A stretch of DNA of 64,000 nucleotides, taken from IMG/VR virus record IMGVR_UViG_3300047672_000041, positions 6,008 to 70,007 of that record. One strand, written 5' to 3'. The position numbers and the translations under genes were made by a program. This stretch comes from a virus. Its lineage: Duplodnaviria; Caudoviricetes. The notes below the pieces were generated by a model that searched no databases, was not told the DNA's origin, and saw nothing but the letters and a program-made list of their open reading frames with translations. Numbering within the stretch: the stretch's first letter is position 1; the number at the start of each line of letters is the position of its first letter. Of this stretch, positions 61,519 to 64,000 are shown one piece after another.

Positions 61519-61718
61519 GGCTCCTCCGGGCGGTCGGCGCGGGCGAGGCGGCGGTCGAGGAGCATGTCGACGTCGCGGGTGATCTTCCGGCGGTGCGGGG
61601 ACCCGGCCGGGCAGTCCCGCAGGTGCAGCCCGAGCGCGGCCAGGCAGCGGTCGATCTCGTCGACGGTGGGGCAGCGGTACACGGCGGCCAGCCCGTGCAG
61701 GTACGGATCACCGGCCAT
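61440..61718 (-). CDS. hypothetical protein
   Basis: Coupled ORF. Confidence 0.5.
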   Translation of the reverse strand: MAGDPYLHGLAAVYRCPTVDEIDRCLAALGLHLRDCPAGSPHRRKITRDVDMLLDRRLARADRPEEPCPSPTSPPRASPPSPPAPSTPRGAG

Positions 61719-62031
61719 CGCGGCCCTCCCGGCGCCCCGGCGAGGCGCCGCAGCGAGCGCAGTAGTCGTGGTCGGGGATGCCGCACTGGTCGGGGATGAG
61801 CTGGTGGCCGCGCCACCGGCACCACGCGCGCATGGCGGGCTGCTCGACCCACCGCCACTGTCGGTCGGTGATCGCGTCGACGGTGCGCCCGTGGAGGCGG
61901 CGGGTGATCGGCCAGTCGATCCAGCCGTACTGGCGCTCGACCAGCCACCAGTGGAGGTTCACCGGCCCTCCCCCCCAGGACAACCGGCCGACCACACGTG
62001 TCCCCGGAGGTTTGTGGGCCGGTAGGGACAC
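61708..62031 (-). CDS. Trp-rich hypothetical Zn-binding protein
   Basis: C...H...C..CARC; start uncertain. Confidence 0.5.
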   Translation of the reverse strand: MSLPAHKPPGTRVVGRLSWGGGPVNLHWWLVERQYGWIDWPITRRLHGRTVDAITDRQWRWVEQPAMRAWCRWRGHQLIPDQCGIPDHDYCARCGASPGRREGRDGR

Positions 62032-62078
62032 GTGTGGCCGTGGCTGGAGAGTGTGACACGACCGGCCACCCGGCCGCA

Positions 62079-62291
62079 TCACCCCGGCCCGGCCAGCCCC
62101 CGGGCGGTGGCGTGGGCGACGACCTCCAGCAGGTTGTAACGCGCACGGCCCTGGCGACGACGGGTGATGTGACCCCGTCGGCCCCACTGGCGGATCGTGG
62201 CCGGTTGGATCCGCACCCCGTACGCGAGCTGCAGGTGCAGCGCGGCGACGGTGGCGTCGACCCAGACCGGTGCGGGCTCGGGCTCGGGCAC
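62079..62291 (-). CDS. HTH DNA-binding protein
   Basis: IQPATIRQWGRRGHI...ARYNLLEV. Confidence 0.75.
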   Translation of the reverse strand: MPEPEPAPVWVDATVAALHLQLAYGVRIQPATIRQWGRRGHITRRRQGRARYNLLEVVAHATARGLAGPG

Positions 62292-62298
62292 CGGCCGG

Positions 62299-63027
62299 TC
62301 ACGCGGACTGGAGCACCTGGCCGAGGCGCAGCCACTTGTCCCGGGGCCAGGCCTCCCCGCACGCGGCGCAGGCGATGCGGTCCCCCCGTAGTGGCGCGTA
62401 GAGGCGGGCGCCGCACTCGCGGGTGTGCTCGCCGTCGTCGATGGTGACCGGGCAGTGCCCGATGAGGCGGCGGCCGGGGTCGCCGGTGACCGGGCGGAGT
62501 TGCCCGGCGAGGTCGCGCAGCGCGGCGTGCAGGTCGGTCGCGGCCTCGGCCTGGCGGGTGATCCAGTCGAGGTGCCGGTCGAGCCAGCGGGTGAGGTCGG
62601 GGACGGTGGCGGTGGGGTCGGGGCCCTCGACCGGGCGGGCCTCGGCGACCTGCCAGGCCAGCGTGTCGAGCACCGACCAGACCGACAGCGGGGGGTGTTC
62701 GGCCTCGGCGTGGACGCGGCCGTCGTGGGCCAGCCAGACGTGCGCGGTGGCGGAGGATCGCTTGTCCCGCATGGCGATGATGTGGTCGGCGGCCGGGCTA
62801 CGGGAGCCGAATCCGGGGGTGCCGCGCCCGGGTTCGCCGCCGCCGCCGGGGCGCGGGTTGAGCAGCAGCCAGCGCCGCGCGGTGTCGGCGAGCAGGGTGC
62901 GACACCGGTCGTAGCAGTCGGAGCAGGTGACGTACCCGCCGTCGGCCAGGCGCCAGGGGCGTCCGGGGCGGGGAGGCGGGCAGAGCAGGCACGCGGAGGC
63001 GGGGCGGGCGGGGAGCTGGTCGGTCAT
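62299..63027 (-). CDS. Zn-ribbon phage protein (possible late regulator)
   Basis: CLLC, CSDC, CP...CG, CAAC motifs; followed by HTH gene. Confidence 0.75.
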   Translation of the reverse strand: MTDQLPARPASACLLCPPPRPGRPWRLADGGYVTCSDCYDRCRTLLADTARRWLLLNPRPGGGGEPGRGTPGFGSRSPAADHIIAMRDKRSSATAHVWLAHDGRVHAEAEHPPLSVWSVLDTLAWQVAEARPVEGPDPTATVPDLTRWLDRHLDWITRQAEAATDLHAALRDLAGQLRPVTGDPGRRLIGHCPVTIDDGEHTRECGARLYAPLRGDRIACAACGEAWPRDKWLRLGQVLQSA

Positions 63028-63175
63028 GGGGGCGGGCCTCTCCCGGGGTAGGATTCCGACTTGCGTCTCCACGGTGAGGGGCCGCTGCTGGGCTCACTGT
63101 CCGTCGCTGGCTTAGCCACCGGCAGTGTGCGCGGCGGGTGCCGTCCGCCGCTACGGCGACGGGCGGCACCCACTA

Positions 63176-63619
63176 CTAGCCAGGACGCGCCACGACCGGC
63201 CGGGTTGCCTCGGGCGGCGAGATGGGCAGCCGGTAGAGCCAGGCGTGCGCCGGGCCGACGTTGATGCGGGTGCGGTCGACGACCCCCTCGGCGTGCAGGT
63301 TGCTCAGGAGCCGGGTGGTGTTGGGTCGCGAGCCGGGGGCGAGCCCGGTGAGGGCGTGGAGCTGCGCGGCGGTGGCCGGGGCGAGGGCGAGCGCGGCGAG
63401 GAACAGGGCGCGGCGGGCGCCGCCGACGGTGCTGGTGTCGGGGGCGTGCAGGGCGTCGCCGAAGCGGGCGACGGCGAGCGCGGCGCGGGGGCCGGTCCCG
63501 GCCGGGCGGGCGACGCCCTGAGAGGCCCTGTAAGCATTCTCCCGGCCGTCGGCGATAGAGGATACCGGCGCGCCCCCCTGAGGCCGGGAGCGGACGAATG
63601 GGGCGGCATTACGGGGCAT
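63176..63619 (-). CDS. winged-HTH protein
   Basis: ATAAQLHALTGL...TTRLLSNLHAEGVVDR...WLYRL. Confidence 0.6.
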   Translation of the reverse strand: MPRNAAPFVRSRPQGGAPVSSIADGRENAYRASQGVARPAGTGPRAALAVARFGDALHAPDTSTVGGARRALFLAALALAPATAAQLHALTGLAPGSRPNTTRLLSNLHAEGVVDRTRINVGPAHAWLYRLPISPPEATRPVVARPG

Positions 63620-63655
63620 CGGAACCTCCGGGCTCAACGCCGATCCGGGAGTGGA

Positions 63656-63961
63656 TCACGGGAGGAGCTTCGTCAGGAGCCAGTCCTGATCGCTGGGCCG
63701 GACCAGGTGCGCCTCGACGCCGTGGCAGCCGCCCAGCTCGTGGAGCACGGCCCGCTGCTCCGGGGTGGCGGCCCGGGTCATGTTCTTGACCTCCAGGAAC
63801 AGCACCCGGGGCGGGCGGATCAGGATCAGGTCGGGCAGCCCGACGAGGCGCTTGCCCCGGGAGTCCCGGCAGTGGAACACCCGCCACTTGCGCCACCCGG
63901 CGCACTCGATGATCCACGCCTGGAACTGGGCCTCGGTCATCCGCTCGGCCAGGGGGCTCAC
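63656..63961 (-). CDS. VRR-NUC endonuclease / resolvase
   Basis: TEAQFQ...GLPDLILI...LFLEVK...TPEQ. Confidence 0.88.
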   Translation of the reverse strand: MSPLAERMTEAQFQAWIIECAGWRKWRVFHCRDSRGKRLVGLPDLILIRPPRVLFLEVKNMTRAATPEQRAVLHELGGCHGVEAHLVRPSDQDWLLTKLLP

Positions 63962-64000
63962 GACGCGTCCCGGTCGATGTCGCCTGTCGGCTCGGCCGGG

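Larger units (their letters stand above)
1..64000. mobile_element. Actinobacterial HK97-type siphovirus or prophage (partial genome; both window ends fall inside minus-strand early genes)
   Basis: Colinear terminase-portal-protease-capsid-tail-TMP-lysis module, repressor/Cro pair, WhiB-like and VRR-NUC genes; no host housekeeping genes seen. Confidence 0.95.

Noticed and set aside
1-64000. tRNA, rRNA, IS transposase, DNA methyltransferase
   Set aside because: No supporting motifs seen by eye; a tRNA scan would be needed to exclude tRNAs formally.

Overview
Roughly 64 kb of a very GC-rich, HK97-fold siphovirus or prophage of an actinobacterial host (WhiB-like gene, TAGNNT -10 boxes, leaderless promoters). 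The complete virion and lysis module runs on the minus strand from about 52.7 kb to 16.6 kb: HNH, ParB-like, GREB1/TAGT-type glycosyltransferase, TerS, TerL, portal, protease, capsid, an expanded block of fibre/decoration genes, tail, tape measure, two endolysins and a holin. An immunity switch (Cro-like / repressor / ImmA-like) sits at 3.8-5.2 kb. Early genes run off both ends of the window. No integrase, replicase, tRNA or CRISPR was seen. Unusual content: (1) a second, intact TerS-TerL pair with no portal or capsid genes, inside a divergent operon of small membrane/Zn proteins with an HTH-NUDIX regulator; (2) a 76-aa predicted beta-grasp protein ending in Gly-Gly, coupled to a Cys-His partner; (3) an accessory region built from cassettes that share a leader motif (CCCTCACC-AAGGAG) and a set of four TAGAC-N17-TAGNNT promoters; (4) an AspH-type dioxygenase and a glycosyltransferase inside the packaging/head module; (5) two endolysins sharing an unrecognised C-terminal domain. 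All family assignments are by motif recognition and were not database-verified. Many start codons were re-chosen by RBS or stop/start overlap.
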